DNA from: an uncultured delta proteobacterium | Lineage (GTDB): Bacteria > Myxococcota_A > Polyangia > Fen-1088 | Assembly: GCA_963737265.1 (NCBI GenBank) | Contig: CAVTRY010000013.1 | Span: 64,001 to 128,000 of the forward strand | Direction of reading: 5' to 3' | DNA length: 64,000 bases | Shown: positions 8,556 through 17,674 of the stretch, one piece after another | Position numbering within the stretch: the first letter of the stretch is position 1 | Layout: every line of letters starts with the position of its first letter | Translations under genes and position numbers: made by a program | The notes under the pieces: model-generated | The model's input: only the letters and a program-made list of their open reading frames with translations | What the model was told of the DNA's origin: nothing | Databases searched by the model: none

Positions 8556-10130
8556 TCAGAAATCAGATGGCGATAGCTTCCCCGCGCGCAGCGCGGAGTG
8601 TGCGTTTGGTCTGGCGGCCCGGCGCGGCCGGTGGGCCGCGGCCTCGTTGCGCGTGGCTTGCTCGGCAGAAGGGGGCGCGACCGTGCGCAGCGGCGGGTAG
8701 GCGGCGACTCTGGGCGCACTTGCTGGTGGCGCCGTTGCGCCGCCCGGCGACGGCGTAGGCTGGCGATTGGCCTGCTTGTCTTCGCTCGGGACCACGACTT
8801 CACTGATGCTACCGGCAACGAGTGCGGTCGGCGGGGCCGGGCTGTTGGGGCTTGGAAGAGGCGTGACCTGCGGGACCTGCGATGGAAACTCCGAAGGAAT
8901 CGACGATTGCTCCTTGCCCGGGCTGCTGGAATTGGATGAGGTGGAAAACGCGAGCCACGCCACCGCCACCAGGAAGGCGGCGAGTGCGGCGCCGAGTGCG
9001 GCCCTTCGGTTGAGGAGCCGCGCTGCGACGGCTGGTTTCCCTCCTGGGGCGCCGGCGGGTTGGCCGGACGCGTGCGTGGCGTCACCCGCCATCGAGTAGA
9101 GCGCCACGGTCTCACTGCTGTGGACGCGCGCCAACGGTTCCTGCCCTTTCGCCGCCTTCCCCTCTCGGATTGCGGCACTTTGAGTGGCCTCGAGGAGCTT
9201 GAATATGGAAATGCCCGAAATCGGACTCAGTTTACGTGCCACCGGCGGCAGCGGAAGCAGCTGGTCCTCGACGGCGCGGATCAGGTGGTCCACGTCGGGA
9301 AAGCGGTTGTCGGCCTTCTTGGCCAACGCGCAATCGATGATGTCCGCTACCTCGGACGGCAGATCGGGCCGATAGACCGTCACCCTGGCAGGAAGATCGG
9401 TCAGGATGCGAGCGAACAGGTCCGGCCCTGGCTCGCCCAAAAAGGGCAGCGTGCCGGTCAATGTTTCAAAGAAAAGAACGCCGAATCCGTAGACATCCGT
9501 GCGCCCGTCGACGATGGGGGAGCATTCGATGGCTTCAGGCGCCATATAGGCCGGTGTGCCGAACTTGGCCACCAGATTCGTTTCGGCCGATCGTTCGCCG
9601 ACCGGTTCCATGATGACCGAAATGCCAAAATCGAGAACCTTGGTGGTGAGCAGGCGCCCATCGGCCTCGCTGCAAAGGAAAATATTCCCGGGCTTGAGAT
9701 CGCGGTGGACGACGCCCATGGCATTGGCGGCAGCCACGCCGCGCATGGCGGGTAACAACAAAGCCACCGCTTCATCCAGGCTGAGCGGGCCATTCCTCGT
9801 CAAATAGCGGCTGAGGTTTTCGCCATCGAGCAACTCCATCACGATGCAGGTCATGCCTTCGTGGTCGATGACGTCGAAGATGCTGACGACGTTGGGATGG
9901 TTGATCTTGCTGGCGGCCAGCGCCTCACGGCGAAAAAGCTCGGCGGCCTCTTGGTTGGCGGCGAACGAGCGAAGAATGACCTTGAGAGCGACGCGTTTGC
10001 CCGTGCGCACGTTGACTCCCGCCCAAACCGCCGCCATGCCGCCCTCTGCGATAAGCCGCTCGATGCGATAGCCGCCGGCCAGGATCTGGCCAGGCCGCAG
10101 GATCGTTTCCAGGTTGGCTTGCCTCTCCAT
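8556..10130 (-). CDS. Hanks-type Ser/Thr protein kinase (myxobacterial Pkn-like) with TM helix and Pro-rich tail
   Basis: EGGMAAV, VALK, HRDLKPGN, DFG, GTPAYMAPE, DVYG. Start chosen at MERQ after GGAGAG. Confidence 0.92.
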   Translation of the reverse strand: MERQANLETILRPGQILAGGYRIERLIAEGGMAAVWAGVNVRTGKRVALKVILRSFAANQEAAELFRREALAASKINHPNVVSIFDVIDHEGMTCIVMELLDGENLSRYLTRNGPLSLDEAVALLLPAMRGVAAANAMGVVHRDLKPGNIFLCSEADGRLLTTKVLDFGISVIMEPVGERSAETNLVAKFGTPAYMAPEAIECSPIVDGRTDVYGFGVLFFETLTGTLPFLGEPGPDLFARILTDLPARVTVYRPDLPSEVADIIDCALAKKADNRFPDVDHLIRAVEDQLLPLPPVARKLSPISGISIFKLLEATQSAAIREGKAAKGQEPLARVHSSETVALYSMAGDATHASGQPAGAPGGKPAVAARLLNRRAALGAALAAFLVAVAWLAFSTSSNSSSPGKEQSSIPSEFPSQVPQVTPLPSPNSPAPPTALVAGSISEVVVPSEDKQANRQPTPSPGGATAPPASAPRVAAYPPLRTVAPPSAEQATRNEAAAHRPRRAARPNAHSALRAGKLSPSDF

Positions 10131-10497
10131 CTCTCCGCTCATCGGCACTTGTTGGGAACATTGCCGCGCCGAAACCGGGACCGCAATAGCCAAGTGGGAT
10201 CGATCTGAAACGCTACAAAAACGCTACCTGACGCGATTGCTTCCCGTCGCAGGGTTTGACATCATCGAAGCGTAATGGCCAATACTGTCGAAATGATCAT
10301 GTTAGTCAAACGTGAGATCATTTTGCTTGGATTCGTGAGCCCCACCACTCGGCGCCGCGTCGCAGCGACGCGGTTCCTGATGGAATTGTCCGATAGACCC
10401 TGCCGCTGCCAAATGTGTGTGCGAGCGAACGACAGGTGATGTAGGAAGGGCGATTGCCGGCGCACGGTCAGAGAAGTTTCAGCACGAAGGGAATCGA

Positions 10498-12018
10498 ATG
10501 AGAAACAAGGTCGCAGCGTTCTTCGGGGTCTCAGCGCTTCTTCTTGCTGCGTGCGATGATGGGGGGACAGCGGGCGCGACGGCGACGGGCGGCTCGTCGT
10601 CGACCGGTGGCCTGGCGGCTGCGGGCGGCGTACGGGCGACGGGCGGCTCGACGACAGGCGGCGGCGCCGCGGCAACGGGCGGAGCCCAAGCCTCTGGCGG
10701 GACGACGGCGGGCGGGACAACGACGGCGGATGCCGGGTCCTCGGCGGACGGCTCAACCAGAACGGATGCGGGCACGGCAACGGGCGGAAGGACGGCAATC
10801 GGCGGTGCGACCATAACTGGCGGCGCGACAGCAACCGGTGGCGCCCCGGGAACGGGCGGAGGCACTTCGAGCTGCGGCCCGGCTGCGCAAGCGCAGGCGC
10901 CGGCGGGGGTCACGCCCTTGCGAGCCATCGACGGATTCGTCACCCGCAACGGCGCGGATCTCATGCTGTGTGGCCAGCAATTCCATGGCTTGGGCACCAA
11001 CGTCTATTACGCACAGTCTTACTCGGCCTACGGACCCAGCGGACTTGTCCAAGTGACCGACGCCTTCGACGATGCGGTTCGCATGTCGTTGCAAGTCGTG
11101 CGCATGTGGGCGTTTTACGACGGCAACGCCAGCGACTCGGCCAGCATTCGCCCAACGCCTGGCACGTACTTGGAACCTGGGCTGGTGGCGCTCGATACCG
11201 CAATTGCCGAGGCCAAGAAGCGTGGCATTCGCTTGATACTTGTTCTCTCCAATTACTGGACTGCCTACGGTGGATTGCCGCAATTTGCGACTTGGGCTGG
11301 CGCCTCCGGTCCCAACGACTTCTATACCAACGCCACCATGCAGGGGTACTTCACGGACTACGCAACCAAGCTGTCGCAACGGACAAACACTGTCACCGGC
11401 GTGGCCTACAAGGACGAGCCCACCATCCTTTCCTGGGAGTTGGCCAACGAGCTCCGCTGCCCGAGCTGTCCGGTGAGCCGTATGCTGGATTCGACCGCCG
11501 CGCTCGCCAAGGTCCTCAAAGGGCTTTTTCCCAACCACCTCATCGCCGATGGCGGCGAGGGCATGGACGATGACGTCACGGCGTACGCCGGGCTCAGCAA
11601 CACCTACCCGGCCAGCGGCTTCGAGGGCGCGAGTTACCACGGTCTGGTCCAGATTCCCGAGCTCGACATGGCAAGCTATCACTTCTATCCGACTGACTGG
11701 GGACTGACCAATCCCACCACCGATGGAACGATCTGGGTGAACGCGCACCAATCCCTCGCGCGCGCGGCGGGCAAGGTCGCGTACTGGGGTGAGTTCGGCT
11801 TCCAAAAGAACGCCACCGACGCCCAGCGCGCGCCCATCTACGACGCATGGCTGGCGGCGTTCTTCAGCGCCACTGCCGATGGTTCGGCCGCGCTCTTCTG
11901 GCAGCTCATTCCGGCCAGTCGTTCCGGCGGCGACGATGGCTACGGGGTCTACGTGGCCAAGGACACGGCCACGGTCGCGGTGTTCGAAAAGTATTCGGCT
12001 TCCCGCGCGCTCCGCTGA
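10498..12018 (+). CDS. GH5 glycoside hydrolase lipoprotein (beta-mannanase-like) with Gly/Thr/Ala linker
   Basis: Lipobox LAAC; GTNVYY, VVRMWAF, LSNYW..YGG, YKDEPTILSWELANE (acid/base), HFYP, WGEFG (nucleophile). Confidence 0.88.
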   Translation: MRNKVAAFFGVSALLLAACDDGGTAGATATGGSSSTGGLAAAGGVRATGGSTTGGGAAATGGAQASGGTTAGGTTTADAGSSADGSTRTDAGTATGGRTAIGGATITGGATATGGAPGTGGGTSSCGPAAQAQAPAGVTPLRAIDGFVTRNGADLMLCGQQFHGLGTNVYYAQSYSAYGPSGLVQVTDAFDDAVRMSLQVVRMWAFYDGNASDSASIRPTPGTYLEPGLVALDTAIAEAKKRGIRLILVLSNYWTAYGGLPQFATWAGASGPNDFYTNATMQGYFTDYATKLSQRTNTVTGVAYKDEPTILSWELANELRCPSCPVSRMLDSTAALAKVLKGLFPNHLIADGGEGMDDDVTAYAGLSNTYPASGFEGASYHGLVQIPELDMASYHFYPTDWGLTNPTTDGTIWVNAHQSLARAAGKVAYWGEFGFQKNATDAQRAPIYDAWLAAFFSATADGSAALFWQLIPASRSGGDDGYGVYVAKDTATVAVFEKYSASRALR

Positions 12019-12072
12019 ACAGCCATTCGCATCGTCGCGATATTCGCCGCGTTTTGGGCTAGAATCGCCATC

Positions 12073-13185
12073 GTGCCAACACGCGATCCACAAAGCGACC
12101 CCAACGCGCCCCCGCCGGGCCACGGACTGCCCACATTCATGGGGCCGATGATGCTTCCCCAAACCCCGCACCGGCGGCGGTGGGGCCGGTTTCTGGCGTG
12201 GACGCTGCTGGTGTTCGCGGGCGGTGTCGCCGCCGGTCCGACGCTGACGGATCACGCGGTGAGGCTGGTGGAACGTGCTTGCGCGATGGCCGGGATCTCG
12301 CCGCCAAGCTTCGTGACCAACCTCCAGCGGACGGCGACTACTGCGGAGCCGAGCGTGGGCACGCCCGCACCTTCGCTTCGGTCTGTGGCCGAGATATCGC
12401 CAACCGGCGAGGACAACGCCGCGAGACCCGTGGTGGCGCCGGTCGTGAAACCCGCCGAGCCGGAGCAAGCAGTAGTGGCCGTCGTCCCGCAAAGTCCGCC
12501 GCCGCCGAGCGCCGAGGCCCCTGCGGCCGAACCCGCCGAAGTCGCAAAGTCGGACAAGCCGGCCGCGCACGCTTCGCATGCAAAAAACGATGGCAAAGCG
12601 CCACCCGCCAAGGCCGTGCCCGCCCGGACGCCCGCGGGCACGCATGCGGCCCGGGAAGCCGCCGGCTCTGACAACCCATTCGAAAGGTCTGAGCGCGGGA
12701 GCGAGCCCAAGTCCGCCGCGATTCGCAAGCCGAAGACGGCGTTCGACGAACCCGCTGCCAAACCTGCCGCTTCTGACTCGCACGGCTCGCTCAACAGCCT
12801 GATGGCGGATGGCACCGCCGACGCCAAAGACAAAAAGCGCGGCAGTAAGACCATCGATGCCCTATTGAAAGACGTGCAGAAGACCGACGCCGAACCGACG
12901 AAGCATGAAGCCGCGCCGGCGGCTCCGCCGTTGTCGCAGGCCGATATCTCAAGGGTCATGGCTGGCGTCAAGACGCGCGGCAAGGACTGCGCCCAGCGCG
13001 TGGGTCAGGCAGGTGTCGTGGATCTCAAGATCGTCGTGAGCAAGGACGGCGGTGTCACCGACGCCAACGTCGGCGGAAAACTGGCGAACACACCCCTCGC
13101 CGCGTGCATCGAAAAGGTCATGCGGGCCTCGTCGTTTCCACGCTCGACCGGGCTGCGCTTCGACTACCGCCTCGACGTTCGCTAG
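12073..13185 (+). CDS. Membrane-anchored Pro/Ala-rich protein with AgmX/PglI (TonB-C-like) C-terminal domain
   Basis: N-terminal TM, long low-complexity spacer, C-terminus LSQADI..C..GVVDLKIVV..G.V..ACI..SFP. Confidence 0.6.
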   Translation: MPTRDPQSDPNAPPPGHGLPTFMGPMMLPQTPHRRRWGRFLAWTLLVFAGGVAAGPTLTDHAVRLVERACAMAGISPPSFVTNLQRTATTAEPSVGTPAPSLRSVAEISPTGEDNAARPVVAPVVKPAEPEQAVVAVVPQSPPPPSAEAPAAEPAEVAKSDKPAAHASHAKNDGKAPPAKAVPARTPAGTHAAREAAGSDNPFERSERGSEPKSAAIRKPKTAFDEPAAKPAASDSHGSLNSLMADGTADAKDKKRGSKTIDALLKDVQKTDAEPTKHEAAPAAPPLSQADISRVMAGVKTRGKDCAQRVGQAGVVDLKIVVSKDGGVTDANVGGKLANTPLAACIEKVMRASSFPRSTGLRFDYRLDVR

Positions 13186-13243
13186 CGATCCGGCGGTGGT
13201 AGCTGGTGCCCCGATGGAACCCAGGTCCTTGGATTCGACGAGC

Positions 13244-14893
13244 TTACTTCTTCGCGCCCTGGACCGATGCAGACGGCGCAGGTCCCCTCGGCTTGGTCAG
13301 GAGATAGTCATACGCGCCGCGGTTGAACCGCCAGATCGCCTTCAGCCGTTCCCAGCTAAGAATTGGCCCGCGCGTAAGTAGCGACAAATGGTCGTAGTAT
13401 TCGCCGATGCCCTTGTCCTCGATCTTATTTTTCGCCGTTTCCAGAGTTTCGAGATAGCCCTTGGGTACCGCGCGTGCCGCGTGTCCGACGCGCCAACTGT
13501 TCGGATCGGCGGCGGGCATCCGCGCCAACAATGGATCGGTCAAGGCCCACTGATCCACGATGATGGCGTCGGAAGGCGCGGCGTAGCCGAAGAAGCCAAC
13601 GGTCATATGAACCGATGCCTTGCCGGGGACGAGGCGCATGCCCTCCTGGCTGAACCAGCCACCCACCATCGAGGCAAAATCTCGCCAGAGCAACGAGCTT
13701 TCCTTGAGATACCAAAGACGCTCGTCGGCGACGCCACGGGCATCCAGCCGCTTTTCCCCCTCGCTGTCGGCCCTGATTTCCGCTGTCAGCACCGGTTTGG
13801 GCGTGAGCAAGAGGCCCAAACCCAGAACCACCAAGGCGGGCGATGCCGTGAACCTTTCCACCTGCCGAACGAGGAGGGGCGCGCACCACAGGATCAAGAA
13901 GACGCCGCCCACAACCAGGAGTGAAAAAAAGCGCCCTGCCATGAAATCGCCGCCAACGCGAACGATGTAAAGCGCGTAGATTGCCAAGCCCACGCTCACC
14001 GGCACCAGACGACGTTCCCGGGCCAAGAAAGGAGCGACCGTGGCCAGGGTTAAGATCACCAGCGCCAAGGGATCGAAGACCAGCTCGCTCACAAAATAGG
14101 CCACGCCCTGCTCGACCATCATGCCAGTCGGAATGCCTGCGCCCAGCTTCGCATAAGCCGTGTTGGGGAATGGAAAGCCGAAGTACACGATCGCAATCAA
14201 CTCCCACGCCAGGAAAGGCATGAAGGCTTTGGCAAGCAACCACCACGATCGCCATGTCTTCCAGCCGGGAAGTAACTCCATCGCGAGGACGGGAAGGGTG
14301 AGCAGAAGTGTGTCGGGTCGATTGAGTGTCATTAGCCCCGACAAGAACGCCAGGCGAAAGAGATTGGGCTTCGTCGTGTCGGGACGATTCCAGCGCTGAA
14401 AAGGCCAACGTCCGACGACCTCGAGAAGAAAAAGGAGAAAAAGGAAGTGCGACAGCGGATTTTCCAGTCCGCTGGTGCTGAAGTCGACGAACGACTTACT
14501 GGAAACCAGGAGGGCCAGTCCCAGAAGGCCGAGGGTTTTGAATTCGGTCACCCGCAGTGCCACCAAGGTCGCGCTGGCCAGCGACAGAAGCACCGACGCA
14601 AACATGGTCGACGCGTAGAAATCACGCGATACCAGGGTCACCGCGCTCATGAGAAAGAACCACAGCGGATGGGTGAAGGTCTGCACGCGCTCGAAGTGGT
14701 TCCAGCGCATGCCTTTGCCGGCGATGAAGTTCTTCGCCACCCGGAAGGTGATGAACGCATCGTCACAGACCCAGGCGGTCCGCAACAGGACAACTAGGAC
14801 ACATGCCAGCGCAACCACGATCAGCACCGACTCCGCGGGCCACAGGCCCTGTTTCGTCTCGCAACCGGCGGGCTTTTCGTTGAGCAGGCTCAT
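13244..14893 (-). CDS. GT-C membrane glycosyltransferase, AftB (arabinofuranosyltransferase)-like
   Basis: RTAWVCDDAFITFR..ERVQTFTHPLW, TSGLENPL, NRPD, PNTAYAK, GGDFMAGRF, LTDPLLAR, WRVGH. Many TM segments. Confidence 0.8.
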   Translation of the reverse strand: MSLLNEKPAGCETKQGLWPAESVLIVVALACVLVVLLRTAWVCDDAFITFRVAKNFIAGKGMRWNHFERVQTFTHPLWFFLMSAVTLVSRDFYASTMFASVLLSLASATLVALRVTEFKTLGLLGLALLVSSKSFVDFSTSGLENPLSHFLFLLFLLEVVGRWPFQRWNRPDTTKPNLFRLAFLSGLMTLNRPDTLLLTLPVLAMELLPGWKTWRSWWLLAKAFMPFLAWELIAIVYFGFPFPNTAYAKLGAGIPTGMMVEQGVAYFVSELVFDPLALVILTLATVAPFLARERRLVPVSVGLAIYALYIVRVGGDFMAGRFFSLLVVGGVFLILWCAPLLVRQVERFTASPALVVLGLGLLLTPKPVLTAEIRADSEGEKRLDARGVADERLWYLKESSLLWRDFASMVGGWFSQEGMRLVPGKASVHMTVGFFGYAAPSDAIIVDQWALTDPLLARMPAADPNSWRVGHAARAVPKGYLETLETAKNKIEDKGIGEYYDHLSLLTRGPILSWERLKAIWRFNRGAYDYLLTKPRGPAPSASVQGAKK

Positions 14894-15099
14894 GATGGGT
14901 GCCAGCGGCGGCCATGATAGCCGATTATTCGGCACGCCGCAGAACCTCACGGCGACGCCCGTGAGCGGTAGCGGTAGCGTGGGCGGCCTTGGGGTGAGCG
15001 GCCTGGGTGGGCGTCCCGCGTGAGCGTGCGCGGCCCGCGGCCCGCGGCGCGCTCACGCCTGTGCAAGCGGGAACATGGGTGACGTTTTAGACCGGGCTC

Positions 15100-15270
15100 G
15101 CAATGTCGCCGTCTTCTACGGGCACATCCATCAAGAGAACCACCACATGACCGACCACATTGCCCATCACTCGGCTAAATCGCTGGTGTCCCGCTTCCGG
15201 CGCCTGGGAGCGTGGCCAAGAAACAGCCCGTCCCATGGCATCCTGCCCACCCGTTCAAGGGGCTGGTCGG
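15100..15270 (+). pseudogene. C-terminal remnant of calcineurin-like metallophosphoesterase (frameshifted)
   Basis: NVAVFYGHIHQENHHMTDHIAHHSAKSL, then in a shifted frame PLPAPGSVAKKQPVPWHPAHPFKGL. Confidence 0.7.
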
Positions 15271-15282
15271 CCTCCCGGAGAC

Positions 15283-15453
15283 ATGACCATGCGCCTCCGC
15301 CATTCGCACCTCGCCGGTTTTGTCGCCTGGTCCGCGGGGCTGCTGATGTTCGGCTGCCCCGAATCGAGTCTGGCGCCCAAGAGATCGGCGTCGGCCGCCG
15401 AACAGCAACCAGCCGCGCCCCAAGCCGCCGTCACCGCACGATCCTCTTGTTGA
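15283..15453 (+). pseudogene. Short lipoprotein N-terminal remnant
   Basis: GGAG then MTMRLRHSHLAGFVAWSAGLLMFGC (lipobox-like); ends after ~55 aa. Confidence 0.35.
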
Positions 15454-15524
15454 TCGATCACCTACCACCGTAGCGGGCGCGCGTCCGTTTGCTTGCGCCT
15501 AAAGCGGGAGGGTAAAATGGATCC

Positions 15525-15905
15525 ATGACCGCCGGCGCCCGTTTCACAGTTCGGTTCGATGCCTGGTACAGCGTCCTGTCCAGCGTACTGCTCATGCCTC
15601 CGGCGGCCAGCTACGTGGAGATTCAGGGCGACCAGGTTCATGCGCGCATGAGCTGGGGGTTTCGCGCAACGTTCCCACGCTCGGCGGTCGTCGCGACTTC
15701 ACGACTGGCGAAGCGACCGATGAGTCGCGGCGTGCACGGCCTGGCGGGGCGCTGGTTGGTCAACGGATCCGGACAGGGCATCCTGACCATCGACCTGCGG
15801 CCCGACCAGCGCGCTTATGTCATAGGCATTCCTGTGCGCCTGCGCCAGCTCTTGGTCAGCGTCGACGATCCCGACGGGCTGCAAGCACGGCTTGCGCAAG
15901 GGTGA
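15525..15905 (+). CDS. Hypothetical protein
   Basis: 126 aa, upstream GGAGG, plausible coding composition (RGVHG..GRWLVNGS). Confidence 0.65.
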   Translation: MTAGARFTVRFDAWYSVLSSVLLMPPAASYVEIQGDQVHARMSWGFRATFPRSAVVATSRLAKRPMSRGVHGLAGRWLVNGSGQGILTIDLRPDQRAYVIGIPVRLRQLLVSVDDPDGLQARLAQG

Positions 15906-16096
15906 AGTGGGATGGACCCGGGATGGCCCAGGGATGGGGTGGAGGATGGGGACGGTGGGGAGGGACTTCCGCAAACTCCTCGTGTCGGACCTGGACCGTG
16001 CGGATCTTGCCAAGCTCGCTTCAAGGCTCGTCGCGCCCTAACTTCGATGGAACCAATCGGCTGCGTGCTTCGTTGCTACTTGCAAGGAGGTGCGAA

Positions 16097-16282
16097 ATGC
16101 CGATTCAACCTAGTCGAAGACAAATTCTCAAACTCATGGGCGTGGGCGGGGTCGTGTTTGCGTCGGGCCTAGCCGGCGCGGGTGATCCGGGTAAGCGCAA
16201 GGGTCGCGGCCAGGCGTCCGGGAACAAGGGGGACTTCTTCTTTCTCCAGCTCTCGGATACGCACTGGGGCTTTCAGGGGCCA
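16097..16282 (+). pseudogene. N-terminal remnant of Tat-exported metallophosphoesterase
   Basis: SD AAGGAGG, SRRQILK twin-arginine signal, FFFLQLSDTHWG (DxH motif I). Ends abruptly at ~16282. Confidence 0.75.
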
Positions 16283-17588
16283 CCCTGCGGATCGAGGCGA
16301 ATGCCATCCCCACCAGGACGAAAAGGAGCGGACGCAGGGGGTGTCGTTCAGCGTGTCGCCCGATAGCGCAAGCGCAACCGTTTGCATTGCCGGCCTTGCC
16401 GACGCCCCCACCAGGATTGCTGCCTCCGACGGCTCCACCGGCTGGAGCGCCACCACGGCCCAGCGTCGTTCCGGCGGCGTCACCCGCACCTGCGATGGTT
16501 GTTCCACCGCCGCCCGAATTGCCACCCGTGGACGGGATGGCGCTGGTACCGCCCATGCTCAACGCGCCGCCGCTGCTCGGCGTGCTGCCTCCGACGGTAT
16601 TGCCTCCGGCCGATGAGCCTCCGGTGCGCGCCGTGCTGGTGGCACCTTCAACTGATGCTCCACCGGTGCTCGCCAAACCGGTGGCGCCGCCTTGGGCCGC
16701 AATGCCCCCCGTGCCTGCGTTCCCGCCTCTTCCGCCGGTGGCTTGCGTTCCCCCTCCTCCCGTCGTGCCCGCGCCGCCGCCGCTCCCGCCGCTGCTGCCG
16801 TTCGCGCCCCCAGCCCCGCCGACGAGCGCATCGGGTGCGCCGCCGTCTCCGCTGCCGGCTCCGATGGCATATTTCTTCATCAGAGCGTTTTCGATGCTCA
16901 CCCTGGTCGCATCGTCCAGGGCTTTGCTGTAGATGATCAATTCGGAAATGTTGCCCTGCCAGGAGCGATCCTGGAAGTTGCGATCCCTGGCGATGGTGTC
17001 GGCCGTGACGTTGGCCAGCGCCACGATGGACAACAAGCCCAGTTGGAATGGGAATGATGTCGTCCTTCCATCCACCGACACCCCGTTCACGTAAGTCTTC
17101 CCGTTGACCAGATTGGGAGAAACCTCGCTGAGGTTCGCGTTGTAGATGTCGCAGCCGTGCTCTGGATGAAAGAAGGTCGGGTCGGTGTTACCGCCAAGCC
17201 AAAATTTCGCCGAGGTTCCATAGTTCGGCAGAGTAGGCAGGCAGGATGTCGAGTCTTTCGACAGCACGGCGAAGACCGTTCGAATGGTCGTGATCTGGGT
17301 GAAGTGAAATCCAGTATAGATGCCGCTGAACCTCAAAGACGGCTGGCCATTGACGGTGGCGAGTGTCGGCGTTGCCTGGCCAAAGGCATCGTGGATGGCG
17401 TTGTTGGCCTTCGCGCTCTTGTCGGTCCATTCGGTGATCTGATTGTTGGCCGTCTTCATCGGACCGTCCGCTGAGACCCAAAGCTCGAGACCGTCGGTGG
17501 CAATCGCATTGTCCTGTGCAATCACAGGCGAAGTGCTTGCCCAAAGCAGCAGCAGTCCCACGCAAACCACGCGACGCATTGATTCCAT
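16134..17588 (-). CDS. Secreted LamG/ConA-like protein with Gly-rich linker and MYXO-CTERM
   Basis: Signal peptide; LELWVSAD..WTDKS, WQGNISELIIYSKAL..IENALMKKY; GCACAIG..LLFVLVG..RR. Residues after ~16284 are read-through into antisense of the phosphoesterase remnant. Confidence 0.75.
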   Translation of the reverse strand: MESMRRVVCVGLLLLWASTSPVIAQDNAIATDGLELWVSADGPMKTANNQITEWTDKSAKANNAIHDAFGQATPTLATVNGQPSLRFSGIYTGFHFTQITTIRTVFAVLSKDSTSCLPTLPNYGTSAKFWLGGNTDPTFFHPEHGCDIYNANLSEVSPNLVNGKTYVNGVSVDGRTTSFPFQLGLLSIVALANVTADTIARDRNFQDRSWQGNISELIIYSKALDDATRVSIENALMKKYAIGAGSGDGGAPDALVGGAGGANGSSGGSGGGAGTTGGGGTQATGGRGGNAGTGGIAAQGGATGLASTGGASVEGATSTARTGGSSAGGNTVGGSTPSSGGALSMGGTSAIPSTGGNSGGGGTTIAGAGDAAGTTLGRGGAPAGGAVGGSNPGGGVGKAGNANGCACAIGRHAERHPLRPLLFVLVGMAFASIRRVAPESPSAYPRAGERRSPPCSRTPGRDPCAYPDHPRRLGPTQTRPRPRP

Positions 17589-17674
17589 GGCCACAGGGTA
17601 TCTCAGACTTTGCTTGCGGGCAACGATGGAAGGGGAGCCAGGGGAGCCAGGGAGCCCCGCGCGGCATCGCCAAT

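Noticed and set aside
10753-12783. Long antisense/alternate-frame ORFs here and elsewhere (e.g. 41636-43315, 45284-46588, 61577-62863)
   Set aside because: High-GC shadow ORFs overlapping motif-supported genes.
14950-15062. GC-rich GTGAGCG repeats and hairpin as CRISPR or ncRNA
   Set aside because: No constant repeat-spacer period and no recognisable RNA motif. At most a degenerate REP-like element.
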